A stretch of DNA of 64,000 bases from Glaucostegus cemiculus (GCA_976551045.1 CDPCPM010000026.1:14136001-14200000), one strand, 5' to 3'; counted from the stretch's first letter, positions 13,011-25,800 are shown. Numbers and translations: made by a program. The notes: generated from the sequence alone by a model not told the origin.

Positions 13011-14924
13011 GATAAGATTAATTTACTAAATGCATGAAAATTAAAGCCATATTTTTCTGCTGATTTCTGTTAAATACTTGCCATTTATCAGTACAGTATA
13101 TTTTTGTAATTTATTCCCAGTTTTTATCACTATGATCCCTACATGATATGCTTCTTAAATTGTGTGAAAAGCAGACAGTAAATCCCTTTGGACAGATCTA
13201 AGACATGCTGCCGCATAGTGTCTTAACAGGCCTGTATCATCCTGGGGCAAACAGGAAGACATCTTGTCTAGGTCTTTAGCAAGCTGTAGTCATTGCTTGA
13301 TAACTTTATTTTAAATATTTTAACCCCTTTTAGTTTGTAAAGGAGTATTTTCAAATTGAATTATTATTTGGTAATACATTCAAAATAACATGTATTAGCA
13401 ACTTTTTTTAATTTTCCCAGTGGTCATTTACAGAGAAAGAATATGGCTTTAAAGAACAACATGGGAGAAATTCAACTTTTGCAATTTTCAATATGAAATG
13501 AGCTACAAAACGCCCAAACCCAGTTGAACATTGGGTCATATCTAAATGAAATAGATGAGCTGCAGATGCTAATTTGATATCCTGATCCAGCGCACCTGCC
13601 AAGCAGGTCTTAGCCCTGAGCCGGCAAGCAGGAAGGCTCTTCACGTATTCCTGCTCCTCCTGGCTCCCCAGAAAGGTTTTGTGGACATTTCCTCAGCAGC
13701 CTCTTCAAGACCCATTGGTCAATACACCCTGGATCTGGTGCTGTAAGGCGGACCTTGATCAGTTTAAATATCTTCATGTTTTTGAATGTTAAACTTGGAT
13801 GTTACGACTAGCATTGGACTCCAATTTACAAACACAAGGCTCACCACTCAAATGGACACCTCGAACACATAAAAGACTCCACTTCCAATATTGTGACCAG
13901 ACCAGATGTGCAGCATTGCCAGCCAAAATGTACAGGGCAAAAGGCCATTTATTGCCCGATAGGTTGAATTTCTCCCCCAAATATGTGTTACATGTGGTTT
14001 ATAGAGTAATAAAATCCCCAAAAAATTATTTTATAAAATTGTTGAAAATGAGTATGATATGTAGGTTAAAAATGAATAATGTATTAAAAATGTTTGACAA
14101 TGAATGATGGGTAATTAGTGGTTTTGTGCTAATAACCTGACACTTCACGTCCTACCGGATAATATTTGCTGAGCCATAACTTCAGCAATACATATACTGT
14201 AAGCTTATGGCAGTGTCTGAGAGCTTCACGTTTTGCTTTAATATTTTAATGAAATTGAAAGAGACCACACTGCCGAGATACAGGGTGGCCATTTATGTTT
14301 ATCCACAAAATAAATTATTAAAACCATAGCAGTACTTCACTGAATGATAACATGAAAAATATAAATTTAACCCTTGTTAGCTCTATCAACTCTGGAGTCA
14401 GTGTAGGTTTGCTAAATAATCTGCTGAGCACATTTATGGAACATTTGCATCCATTGGTCCAGTCGACAATTTATTTCAATTATCAATCATTAAATTTCAG
14501 CAACTTCCAATTTCCATGCTGAGGGAACAAGGCTGTTTTTAAAACTCAAAATTACTAATAATTTGCTGTTAACTGGAACAAAGACAGTAGCCAAACTCCA
14601 TACTGTTCTCAATTTTGATATTAATTCTAGGAAACTTTAAGCCAGCAATTATTATACAAGCTAACCGTTGAACTTCCAAACAACAATTTTATTTAAAAAG
14701 TTGATTTATTCATAAGTAAATAGAACACAGTGTGACTAAAGTGCAATGGTTCAAGCAGCAATTATTAGATTTATAAGTACAAAAGACTCAGTGTTGTAGA
14801 TTGTAAGAGCTCAGCAGTTACTGTACCTTTCAAAACTAGCATGTAACCATATCTGTTTTAAAAGAGTGATTCATATTACTTCCAAAGCATGAGAAACTCT
14901 TTCTCGTCCCCACCACAGGAAACT

Positions 14925-15056
14925 NNNNNNNNNNNNNNNNNNNNNNNNNNNNNNNNNNNNNNNNNNNNNNNNNNNNNNNNNNNNNNNNNNNNNNNNNNNN
15001 NNNNNNNNNNNNNNNNNNNNNNNNNNNNNNNNNNNNNNNNNNNNNNNNNNNNNNNN
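14925..15056. other. Assembly gap (132 N)
   Basis: Run of N. Confidence 1.
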
Positions 15057-16159
15057 CTTTATGGGCCCAGTGGTGATTCAAAGGTCATTTTTTGTATGAC
15101 TTCTCAGACTAGGGCAATACTGAATGAAAATTAGGTTACATGTGTAGAACTTTTTTTATCTATCTGTTAGAAAAGCAGAGTGCTAATGAAAAGATCCAAA
15201 AAGAAAGACATTCAGTAAACTGCATGCAGGAAGATAATCAAATATATAAGAGGCAAGAGAGCAAGATGGGTGGAAAAATCACTTTACATTTCTGTTAAAG
15301 TTGGCCATTCCCTCACAAGCCATGTAGCAAATGACATATACACAGGGGAGAGCATTCAAAAAAATGCACTGTTAAACTCTACTGTTCCTATTGAATCAAA
15401 TGAAGATATTTTAAAGGACTGATCTACTTCTGATATATTGGAGCTAATTATTCATTAACTTTGAACTAAACAATGCAAAGAAATACAAGTTTGAACTTTT
15501 GTATTTCCTAAAAATTATTGATCCTTAATTATTATAACTCAAGAACATAGAACAGAGACGATAACTTCTTAAGCAAGAAGGAAATTTGATAATTTGTTTA
15601 TTTGGATGACACACCAAAGGAGAAATTCATATTTGGCCTCTGGTGCCAACAGTAGCAAGAGTCCAATTGGACTCATCTCTGACATTTGGCTTCTCTGAGG
15701 ACAAAGACAAATGTCGTTCTCACCAATTTTTTAGTGCTATGGTTGTTAACATGCCTACAATTTTAATTATGAATGCACATTTTTAGCACAACTTGCACCT
15801 TCAGCAAATTGAATAGCATGGTAGAACATACGTCATGCATACAAGCTGGAATCATACAGAGTAGGCAGCTGGGGACATTGATCCTTATGCAATAATGCCA
15901 GCTCTGTCTAAGTGGGCCACAGTAATCCAGCTAATGCCATATGTTAATCATGTGCAGGAAATCTGGGGCTTACTTGTGTTATTTAAAGCATCTTCTGTGG
16001 CATTCAAGTTTTTTGGTGACTGGATGTGAGTTCATTTAGGGGAAAATAGTTCAGTTAGTTAGGAGAAAACACATTAATTTGTTGAGATAAATTGTGCTAC
16101 GTCTTTGAAGTGCTGTGACTGGGGCGGATGTAGAATCAGCAGTTGCCTATTCCACAGAA

Positions 16160-16452
16160 TGGTGAGTGGGTCAAGATGTCAAAAGAGGCAGGAAGAAGAG
16201 GGCACGAAGGTTCTGGCCAGGAAGGCCTATCTAGTTAGAACCTTTGGGTGGTCCAACTCTCACATACATTTGACCAATTAGCAATGTGGCCAAAGGCTAC
16301 GATCCACAAAGGAAGTAGCATTAAAGAACTACCTTATGGTGCCATGCCTAGACTGGTCCACTTGTGGCTGCAAGGGTCAAAGTGACCCTAAAGTTTCTTT
16401 AACCTCAGTCTTATTTGGTGCTGTGGATGTGAGTGACAATTTCCCTGTGTAT
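16160..16452 (+). mobile_element. Decayed Harbinger transposase, N-terminal part
   Basis: RKAYLVRTFGWSNSHIHLTN*QCGQRLRSTKEVA resembles HARBI1-like RxYPxRVF...LSxxQCxRRLRFTKEVV; interrupted by a CR1 at ~16456. Confidence 0.65.
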
Positions 16453-16455
16453 CAC

Positions 16456-16753
16456 ATTTTTTCCCCGGGGTAGAAATGTCAAATACTAGAGGATGTAGAT
16501 TTAAGGTGAGAGGGGAAAAGTTTAAAGGAGATATGCAGGCAAGTTTTTTACACAGAAAGTGGTTGGTGCCTGGAATGGGCTGCTGGGGAAGCAAATACGA
16601 TAGTGGAATTTAAGAGACACATGAATATGCAGGGAATGGAGGTGTGTGGATCATGTACAGGCAAAAGAGAATCAGTTCAATTCAACATTGTGTTCAGCAC
16701 AGACACCGTGGGCCATAGGGCCTTTTCCTGTGTTGTATTGTTCTATGTTCTAT
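16456..16753 (+). mobile_element. CR1/HER1 LINE 3' end
   Basis: TRG-x-RFKVRGEKFKGD / FFTQKVVGAWN region, 3' UTR and TGTTCTATGTTCTAT tail. Confidence 0.9.
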
Positions 16754-16789
16754 CACTTCTTTGTTGCTGTGTCATGTCTTAGAGCTTCC

Positions 16790-16937
16790 TGCATTACAGT
16801 ATTGTGGCAGAATCTACAGAGGGGGGAACGGCAGCAGTTTAAGAAGATGGTTCAGCACCATCTTCCCAAGATCAGTTAGGGGTGGACTATCAAAGCTGAT
16901 CTCACCAGCACATCCTCAAAATAGAATAAATAAAGAA
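16790..16937 (+). mobile_element. LINE (CR1/L2-type) 3' tail, second family
   Basis: GCAGTTTAAGAAGATGGTTCAGCACCATCTTCCCAAG...AATAAATAAAG; same family as 34835-35035 and 46560-47210. Confidence 0.55.
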
Positions 16938-17109
16938 GCAGATGGGGCTTCTTGACCGTATGAAAGAGAGAGCCACATGGATATGATCATGGTGAAGGAA
17001 GAGGGCAAGTAGAGGTACATGCTTAAAGTAGGTGAGAATCAGGCTGAACAAGGTGCAGCATTATGTGAGGTTTCTGGTGCAGTGGTTAGGATCTGATCAT
17101 TTCTCACTG

Positions 17110-17330
17110 ACCTTGGTCACATGTGTGAAGTCATTGAACTTGTTCTGTCACTGCACCTTTGACCAAGGGCTTCATTCCTGACATTGACCATGTGACCAAC
17201 CTCATCCCAGCATTGCTTCAGTATGGGCCTGGAGGGCTTCTGGTCCTGCTGTGAAGAAATGACCTCCCCTCCCCACTTCATCCAATAAAGCATCCAATTA
17301 GAAAATCTGGTACCTCCTCTTGCCCACTTT
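17110..17330 (-). mobile_element. Decayed Harbinger Myb/SANT-like gene exon
   Basis: Minus strand LDALLDEVG...QKPSRPILKQCWDEVGHMVNVR...VQ*QNKFNDFTHVTK, followed by a GTCAGT donor. Confidence 0.75.
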
Positions 17331-17674
17331 CTCTTGTGACTTCTGCATTCCTTTTCAAGCCTAGAAAGTGGCTCCTATCAACAGTTGCAGGCTATGAACA
17401 CCTCACTTTTAAGTTTAGTCAGCAGTAGCTAGCTGGAACATACTACCCCATGACAAAATTGTTCCCTGCATTATGTGAGTAGCTGGTACTACCTGGTCTT
17501 ATAGAAGTGATGAAGGGGCAGGAGGATGAATATCTTTGCATCTTACACTGGGTTAATCATACATTCCAATCCAGCACACATTTTCCAAGATTCTCACTTT
17601 TAGCCCCATGTCCCAGGTGCATTTGCTCAGCCTTTGTTCCGATTTCAATTGAATTGTCAGTTTGATTCAACTGT

Positions 17675-17945
17675 TAGCACACATGCTTCTGAGTTAGAAC
17701 ATTGTGTTCACTCCTCACTGCAGGACATGAGCACATTGTCTAGGTGGGCAGATCGGAGTAATAGTGAAATAATGCTGCAATGGCTGAGATGTTAGATTTC
17801 AATCCAAGGTCCAGTCGGCTTGATCCACTGGCTTGGAAAGGGCATGTGAGATCCCATAGCTTCATTCAAGGACAAACAGGAACAAAATTTCTCCCTTAAT
17901 TAGTAACATCAAATGTACATAAATAGCGTCTTTATTTAATAAGTG
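17675..17945 (+). mobile_element. Decayed Deu-domain SINE (SacSINE1/AmnSINE1-like)
   Basis: CTGAGTTAGAA head and GATCCCATAGC...CAAACAGG core; similar to 33965-34335. Confidence 0.5.
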
Positions 17946-19299
17946 AAATACATTTTTCAGGAACAGAATTAAGGTTTCAACAATTGCATGTGACCTTAAT
18001 GTAGTCCCCAATTAAGCACTAATTCACCAACAAATAAAGAGTATAAATCAGCTTATCTGCTTTGATGCAGTCTGGAGATAGTCTTGCACTATCAATAACA
18101 TAAAATGATGGTGAACACCAAAAGTAACTTTTTAAGGCAAAGAGTAGCTGTGGAACCATTTGTATTATAATAACTGAAGAAACCCTATGGTAACTTTTTC
18201 AAAATATCAGACTGAGGATTAGATCTTTATCAGAAACTATTTCATGTAGTTCCATTTATGTGTTTTGTATGTTTATGCAAAGCTCTGCCTTCTCCAACTT
18301 CTCAGTGGTGTGAGCAGATGGAGAGGAATTCAGCTCTCCCATGTCCCTTGTAGGATTGCTGAAAAACAATGTTAGAATTAGGGGCACAATGTAAAAGTGC
18401 CATCTGGTTATTTCTGGAATCATTGTCAAATCACCTGCATGGAGTTAGATCTTCTCCCACTGAGTTAATCTTATTGTGAAATTGTTATTTTCTCTCTTAA
18501 ATATTATTAATTATTGGGTAACTATATGTACAAAAGTTTTGTGAATTTTAAAATGTGAGTCATAATATAAAAATAACTATAAACTAAAGTCAATAGACAG
18601 AGATATCTAGTGGACATAATGTCTCTGTAGCTCTTAGCTTTATTTTCCTTAATTGGCAGTATTAATAGGAGTAAATTACAAATAGAATTAATGGAATCAA
18701 ATGCCAGGAGATTAGTTACATTTACTGTTAGGGACCATCTTTGAATTTCTCCTCCCAGTGTTTAAGCAATTGTTTCTATAGTTAATTCTCATTGTTTAAA
18801 GTTAAAGTAGTTGATAACACTGGGGATTCAAAACAGCTTACAAAATGTCCATGAGGTAATTTCAAAGAAAACTAGTTGGAGGTTTGTTCCTCTGCAGTAT
18901 CATAGGATACCCTATAAATTAATACCTAATGTGTGCACATTCTGGGAAATACCTTTATCTACTAAAACATCTTCACTCTCAGCCATGTTTTCTATTGTGG
19001 AATCAGACTCATCACCAGCAGCAATGTGTCAAAATAATATTACACAATGAAAGATGATTTATTCTACTTTTTTTAAAGCAGACATTTATATACTGTCTGA
19101 GGGTAATACAATAATTTTCTAACAGAGTCATAAAAGCACACTGCACTTCAGCCTAATAGTTTGCTTCAGCACAATTCTGACAACTAACTGAATGCTGACA
19201 GTGTTTATATTTTAACATATTTTACACATGAATCATAGAAAATGCCTTGTTATTCTCCATCGTATCATGGAATGTGGTTGATCAGTGAACGAAGGCCCT

Positions 19300-19900
19300 C
19301 ATCTCATCGGCGATTGCAGCTTGAACTGATTTGCTCTGTTTCTGCACTGAATAAGGACAAAGTGTGATGACTTGGCCACCCTGGCAGAGTTCACCAAGAT
19401 ATGGGTCATGCACCAGATAAACAACTGAAATTCCACACAATCTCTTCAGTTGCACTCCACAAACAACCAACAAGGCTTTGTTTATTAATTGGAGAAAATC
19501 AATGGGTTCAGAAATTTCATTAAACATATATGTACCAGTCCATGATGGCCTGACATATGAGTCATTTAAGTGTTGCTGGTGAGCTGCAGACCTCAGTGGC
19601 TTACTTACCTGTCAGGTTGAGATGTCCAGGCTGTTCCCATGTAAAGTCAACTGGATGGTCTGTTCAGGATCAGGTGTGGAGGAAACAATACAGAAAAGGG
19701 GTCTTGGAAGTGTTGGCAACAGACTAAGTTTCATTTTGGGCATGGGACAGTGTTGTAAATTGAAAGTTCTCAGTGTCTGTCTTTTTGAACATCGAGGAAT
19801 CGCTTGAACTTCCAATGAACAGGCTGCTTAAGAGTGGTACAAACATACACACAGCAAGCTCCATCCACCGGCACTTGAATCTCATGTTTGAGCTGTTGCA
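19300..19900 (+). mobile_element. Highly decayed Harbinger transposase fragment
   Basis: ATLAEFTKIW (cf. AGFPxVxG), FINWRK (cf. FINRKG) and a xHDx-like segment occur in the expected order. Confidence 0.4.
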
Positions 19901-20044
19901 ATCAGCAAAGGAACTTCAGCTTACACGTTTAATAAGACTAATGTCAATTCCTGTTGGGCACCCTGCATAACTAAAAATTGCTCAGACAAAAATGAGGTCT
20001 TCTCACATTTGAAAATTTCAGTACTTTAGCACCCACTTTGCAAA

Positions 20045-20627
20045 TGCAAAGCAGAAAGCTATGAGTATCTCTGCAAAACATCGGTTAGGCTGCACTTGGA
20101 GTATCATGTGCAGTTCTGGTCGCCACACTACAGAAGGGATATAATTGAACTGAAGAAAGTGCAGAGGAGATTCACCAGGATGGTATCTAGATTGGAGGAC
20201 TTTAGTTGTGGAAAGAAATTAGATAGGCTGGGCTTGTGTTCCCTGGAGTGAAAGAGGCTAATGGAATTATATAAGATAATGGAAGGCATAGAGAGGATAG
20301 ATAGTCAAAGTCTATTTTTCCCATGGTGGGGGTATCAAAAACAAGAGGACATAGGTATAAGATGGGAGGTAGGAATTTTAAAAGGGATCTGAGGGGCAAG
20401 TATTTTACAAAGAGAGTGATTGACATCTGGAACATGCTGCAAGGGGAGGTGGTGGAATCGGATACAATTACTATGATTGTGGCATTTTGGCAGACACTTA
20501 AGTAGGCAAAGAACAGAAGGGCGGAGTCCTAATGAGAGCAAATGTGATTAGTGTAGAGCGGCAAGAGGGTCTGCATAGACATGGTGAGCTGAAGGAGCAT
20601 TTCTTTGCTGAATGATTCTGTGACTCT
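20045..20627 (+). mobile_element. CR1/HER1 LINE 3' part
   Basis: LHLEYHVQFWSPHY, VQRRFTRM and KTRGHRYKMGGRNFKRDLRGKYFTKRVIDIWN; GATTCTGTGACTCT tail. Confidence 0.9.
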
Positions 20628-21914
20628 TCTAATGATACCCTTGGCATCATTCGACAATGGGTTAATTGGGGTTTAACCCCACACTATTTTAATGCTAATT
20701 CACTGATGACCTGTGAGGGAGAAATGTTTGTTTCTAACTCCTATAAAACATACATTAAGCACACGAAACCATGTCCTACAGTGTGAAAGGATCAAAGAGT
20801 AACATTCATAACCTCAAGCTTACTTAGCTTACTACAACATAGTCCATGATCAGGTGTTAAATGTCAGCTTGATAATCACCAAATGAAAATCTCCGCAACT
20901 GTTTACCTTGTATAGAGGCCACCACTCTAAACTTAATGATGTTACTAAAACAAAGATAATGTACTAAAACTTATTGATGCTGACAGTAAGAACACTTAGT
21001 TTTCCAGTAACATCAAGATGTTACATTTTTTTCAGAAAAATATTCATCCCTATCACTGGAAGATTCAGACCAATATAAAATTACAACAAACAATTACTTT
21101 ATAACAAATGTTTGTAAAAGATGTGTTATGAATTTCCACCAAACTATATTTCTACAGCCTCAATACGGGTAGAGAATGAAATGGTCAGCTCACTTCTATT
21201 AGCTACAGTACATTTCCAGTGAAAAGAAAATCAGTAACTTGTTATCATTGACTGGCATCACTTCTACAGTGTAGAATAATCTACAAAATAATCACAGTCA
21301 CATCGGTGTGACATTGTATCATGCCTCTCCTTTAATTAATAATACATACATCAAAAAGCTGACCCTCAGTTGGACTATTTATTTAGGTGGATGGAAATTA
21401 GCCAAGGTGCAGATATACATTTACAAACTCAGTTATCCAGTCAGTTGGCAGTAAAAAGCTTTAGCTCTATGGTCTATCACTAGGTATCAGAAGATGGCTG
21501 TATCTGGTTTGGGTGCATAAAGAGATTTGTACTGTAGTACCTATTATTGGGTATAATTTAACTTCATTTTTCAGCTTAACAAAGAAATATCAGCAACCTG
21601 ATGAATTATTTGTCCCTCAGCAGACCTTTCAGAGGTGTGTGGGAACAGGCAAGGCTTTGAAAATCCCAAACTCTTCAACATTTCAGAAAATTCAAGCAGA
21701 TCAGCTCTGGACATATAGATATCATGAAGTTATCTCTGTAGCTATTGAATGTTTGCACTGACGTTGCTTAGAACAGTGGGGTACCAATGGATGAAAAGTA
21801 AAAATTTAAAAAAATTGTCAATTTTGTCAATTGGGTAAAACAATTAAGTACAGTTAGTGAAATTTTAAGCAGGCTTGTAGATAGTTATGGATAAGACTGG
21901 ACTTCAGGTTGGTT

Positions 21915-21950
21915 GGGGGAGTGGTGGGGGCGTGGGGGTGAAGGTGGGGG
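21915..21950 (+). other. G-quadruplex motif (four G5 runs)
   Basis: GGGGG-AGTGGT-GGGGG-CGT-GGGGG-TGAAGGT-GGGGG. Confidence 0.8.
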
Positions 21951-22149
21951 AAAATGTTAATTTCAGGATGCATGAGAGGCTAATACCAGAGAATTCAGGG
22001 GGCTGCAGGCTGGATTTTCTTGTAGAGATCAGAAAAAATAAATTTGAATCTTTTTGACCCAGAAGCTGATATCTGACAGTGAATGAAGTGCCAATAGGTG
22101 GTCATATTGCCACTTATGTGTGAGAGTTTGTGCTGAATTGTGAGCAGAG

Positions 22150-22620
22150 TTTTGTTTTTAAGAGTTGAAGCTTATGGAAGATGGAAGACCATTCAAGACA
22201 GAATAGGAATTATTGAAATGGGAGGTGAATTCTACCAGTGGCATTTTTGAAGAATAATACTGGAATAAGTGGCTCAGGGCTAAGAAAATGACTTCAAGCA
22301 AAGTTACTGCAAGAGGTGCTCTCTCTGAATATAGCAGTTGAGTCAGAGTGGTTAGATGAGCAAGACAGTAGAGGAGAGGTGTCTGAAGCTGATTTGTGGA
22401 CAACAGTGTTAAAATGTGATCTGAAATTCAGAAGGATGAGAGGTTTAACAAATCACCTTGACAGTGGTTGGGCAGATACCTATTTTGAGCAATTTAACTG
22501 TATGTTCTAAGAAAGATTTGGTTTTGAAAGGGAGGTCAACAGTATTTGCAGAGAAAAAAGAACAACATATAATGCTGGCATGTGTGAGCTGAGGAAGCTG
22601 AGTTTCCAGGCACAAGTGGG
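22150..22620 (-). mobile_element. Old L2-like LINE RT fragment
   Basis: Minus-strand remnants resembling NYRPISNLPFLSKILE and SLLVLLDLSAAFD in broken frames. Confidence 0.4.
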
Positions 22621-22925
22621 AATGAGATAAAGGGAGCAAGAAATAAGTACCACAACCAAGAGAACTTTGGAGAGAAATTAGAAGAAATAACTTGCCATGA
22701 TTTCATTTGTTAGTTGACCTGATACTTATTTCAAACCTTCCTGAGAATGAAAAGAAAGAAGAAATTGGAGATGTTGAAAATCATAGATGATATTTTTTTT
22801 ATTTTTACTTTTCATCCATTGGTACCCCACTGTTCTAAGCAAGGTCAGTATAAACGTTCAATAGCTACAGAGATAACTTTGTGTCTCTGCAATCCCAGCA
22901 TGGAAGCCATGCCCACAGGGTGAAA

Positions 22926-23340
22926 GCATCACTAATAGAGCTACCACAATTAAGGCTATCACCAATGGAGCTATCACAAAAACAACTCTCACTGATGCAG
23001 CTTTCATCAATTCAGATATCATCAATAGGGTAACACCAATTTGGTTATCGCTTATGATGCTATACCCAATTGGATTATCACTGATACCACTAACACTATT
23101 AGGGTATCACCAACAGGGCTAAGACCAATCAGGCTACCAGCAAGAGAGTTATCATTTAGATAGCTAATACTTGTAGGGTTACCACCAAATGAGATATCAC
23201 TAATGCAATTATTAGGGCTCTCAGTGACAAGGCTATTAAAAATTACACTTTAATCAATATGGCTATCACCAATTGGGTTATCACCAGCTGGAATTCAGCA
23301 ATACATCTTTCACAATAGGGCTATCACTGATATGGCTGTG
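22926..23340. repeat. Degenerate 15-bp minisatellite, ~28 units, consensus GCTATCACCAATNGG
   Basis: Units such as gctatcaccaatgga, gatatcatcaatagg, gctatcaccaattgg and gctatcactgatatg, in register. Confidence 0.9.
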
Positions 23341-23517
23341 GCATTGATTCTTCAGCTATATGTCTTGTAAACATTCAAATTCTTTCATTGGGACCCTTGA
23401 GAGAACCTGGCCAATTTTATTTCCATTCAAAGCTTTGGAACAAAAGCTGAGTGTGTTCTACAGTCTCTGCTGGTTTGTCCTTGCAATTACTAACTGGGCT
23501 TAATTCACAATATTACA

Positions 23518-23835
23518 TCAGAAACATAGAAGCAGAAGTGGGCCCTACAGCTATTTGAGCCTGATCTCACAGCCAGTTAAACAGAGGGCAATCTGAATAT
23601 TAACTCCATTTACTCACCTTGGCCTATAATTCCAAAATCTCAATAAATTAAATTTTGACATTTTCAAGTAACCTAGCCTGAACACTGTCTTGTTGAGATA
23701 GTTTGATGTTTTCTCTGCTCCATTTGTGAAAAAGAGACTTTCTAACATCACCATTGAATATCTTTTTGTCTGATTCTAATCTCCTGAGTGCATAGCCCTG
23801 CAAGATTAAATTTACCAACTTCAAATCATGGTGGT
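23518..23835 (-). mobile_element. CR1 LINE 3' end
   Basis: AGAAACATAGAAGCAGAAGTGGGCC reverse tail; KIFNGDVRKSLFH-like ORF end. Confidence 0.65.
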
Positions 23836-24299
23836 CTCGCCATCTTCTCATTTATTTTGCCCATTAATTCAATATAGACAGTATTTGGTATGTTGACAAT
23901 TGCTCATGTTTTACCTTTATTTAAAGGTGATTTTTTTTGACAATGTTTAATTTATAATTGTTCTTTCTGTACTGGAGTCCAGTCCAGTCTAATTTCAGTT
24001 CTGATGTAATTTCTACAAAGAACATCAGCTATCTTTTTCTTTTTCCAATGTTGATGGACTTTGTGTATTTCCATAATTTTCAGCCCCAACTTTAACTATT
24101 TCTGACATGTGCAAAAGTCTGGCACAGCAGCTGAAAGCTTGTTTTGGGCCCAAAAATTGATCAAATTTTCACAATTAACTGACTGGGAAACCAGTCTATT
24201 TCCATAAACCAAAGCTCATCAAGTGAAATGGAGGCTTACTTAAATCACCTCTTTAAAAAATCACTACATTCCTTTCAGCAAGACCTTGCTGTAAGAGTG

Positions 24300-25800
24300 A
24301 TGCAGCAAGAGACAGAAGGCATGAGTCTTGAGCAAGGTCTCTTGTTATCTGCGGCCTTCTACGAGGTCCTGCTGGAATAGGTCAAGGCAAGAAGAAAAAT
24401 TCTCTTCTATCCTAGTGCCACAAAACCAAGAGATATATGAAGAAGGAATGGTGACAGCTGAGAAGGTTGCCATCTCTAGTGGAATTTAGTGATCTCAGAA
24501 GAATAAAACATGTAAGTACAGCTCTTCATTCTTCCAGCTTTCTCAAAAAGACATAGCCCTCCCCAACCATTCTAATCCATTTCATCCAACATTACCCGGC
24601 AAAAGGAAGTGCTATTCTATTATTCATTCTCATCACAAACACATGCATTGCTTCCTTGTTCCATTTACAAATGTACAATCATCAACCTTTGTTAAATTAC
24701 CACTTCCTCATTCTTGTTACCTTTCACTTCTCGGGATTCTCAGCATCTGTATATCACCCTGAGCCCAGAAATCTGCACCCTGCCTTGAATGGGACACTCA
24801 CTTATTCACTCTCTCACTGCAGGCAAAAGCATAGAGGCAAGGAGAAGACTGAAACCAGGAAAGGAGAAAGGGCTGTCAGAGCTGGAGTAGCAAGAACTAA
24901 GATCAACAGCCACACAAGAGTTGCCAGGATTGGATACAACAAGGCTGGGAGCTTCAGTGAGCAAGATCTCTGATTTTTATTAGCATCCCTTGTGACTATC
25001 AAATAATGCACAAGCATGCAGCTTCAAGCTGCATTGGGATGCCTGTTATCTACTGCTGTCCAACACCTCAATGCTATCCTAATACATGTTTGTTTTCTCT
25101 TTCCTCCAGGTCTTTCTTAAGCAACAGAAACCGCGCCCCCCCCCCCACCCATCCCACCAAAGATGACAACCATAACAAAGAGGATCCTTCTGAGTAGGCA
25201 CCATCAGGCAACCATTCACTTGCAAAGCACCAACACAGAGACTGACAGTCTAGCTGGAACAAAGAGTGAGGTGGAGTGGTCTGCTCATGGTGAAGCATTC
25301 AGTGCTAATGAAAAGCAGCAGTGATAGCCCAGGAAACTCACACAAACAAGACCTTCTCCCTGCTCTGTTGAGCTGGAGAGAGATCTGCACATTATGGGGT
25401 CGCAAAATGGAAAGAAAGATACTTGTTTCACACAAGCAATTATATGAATCATTGGAAGGTTTATTAAGCAATTTTGCCACCATGACTTCTGACATATGAG
25501 GGGTCAACTCCAGCAACAGCCTTTGGAAAATTGCTGGAAGAGTATACACTGCACTATAGCACTAGACTCAAATTTATGCTCAGTCTATGAGAGACTGAGG
25601 GCCACCTTAGACACTATGATGGAGAAATGGTTGAGGGCGTTAATGGGGTGCTTGTCATCTGCAATCTGATCTCCCACAGATGAGTAGATGTTAAGTCCAA
25701 TCCCACACAAATGGCAGCATTTCCAAAGGAGGGGCATGTGCTGTGCTCTCTCAGAATGTCTGCAGGTCTGTTTGCTCAACAGCACCCCGGCCAGCAGTAC
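24300..25800 (+). mobile_element. Decayed Harbinger Myb/SANT-like gene with intron
   Basis: YEVLLE*VKARRKILFYPS...KEW...EFSDLRR, then a GTAAGT donor (~24512) and a CTGCAG acceptor (~24822). The 3' extent is approximate. Confidence 0.55.

Larger units (their letters stand above)
21727..22879. repeat. 79-bp inverted repeat pair (21727-21805 / 22801-22879) around a ~1-kb spacer
   Basis: Arms are reverse complements with 4 mismatches in 79 nt. Confidence 0.95.

Noticed and set aside
14836-15134. ORFs spanning the N run
   Set aside because: Artefacts of the assembly gap.
19602-19611. ACTTACCTG as U1 snRNA 5' end
   Set aside because: No further U1 similarity. It equals a chance or cryptic minus-strand donor inside a TE remnant.
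20703-20730. CTGATGA...GAAA as another hammerhead
   Set aside because: Stem II closure and stem I pairing do not fit.
22926-23340. CRISPR-like array or pentapeptide-repeat CDS
   Set aside because: Eukaryotic context, no true spacers, and the frame is broken by 14-mers and a stop.
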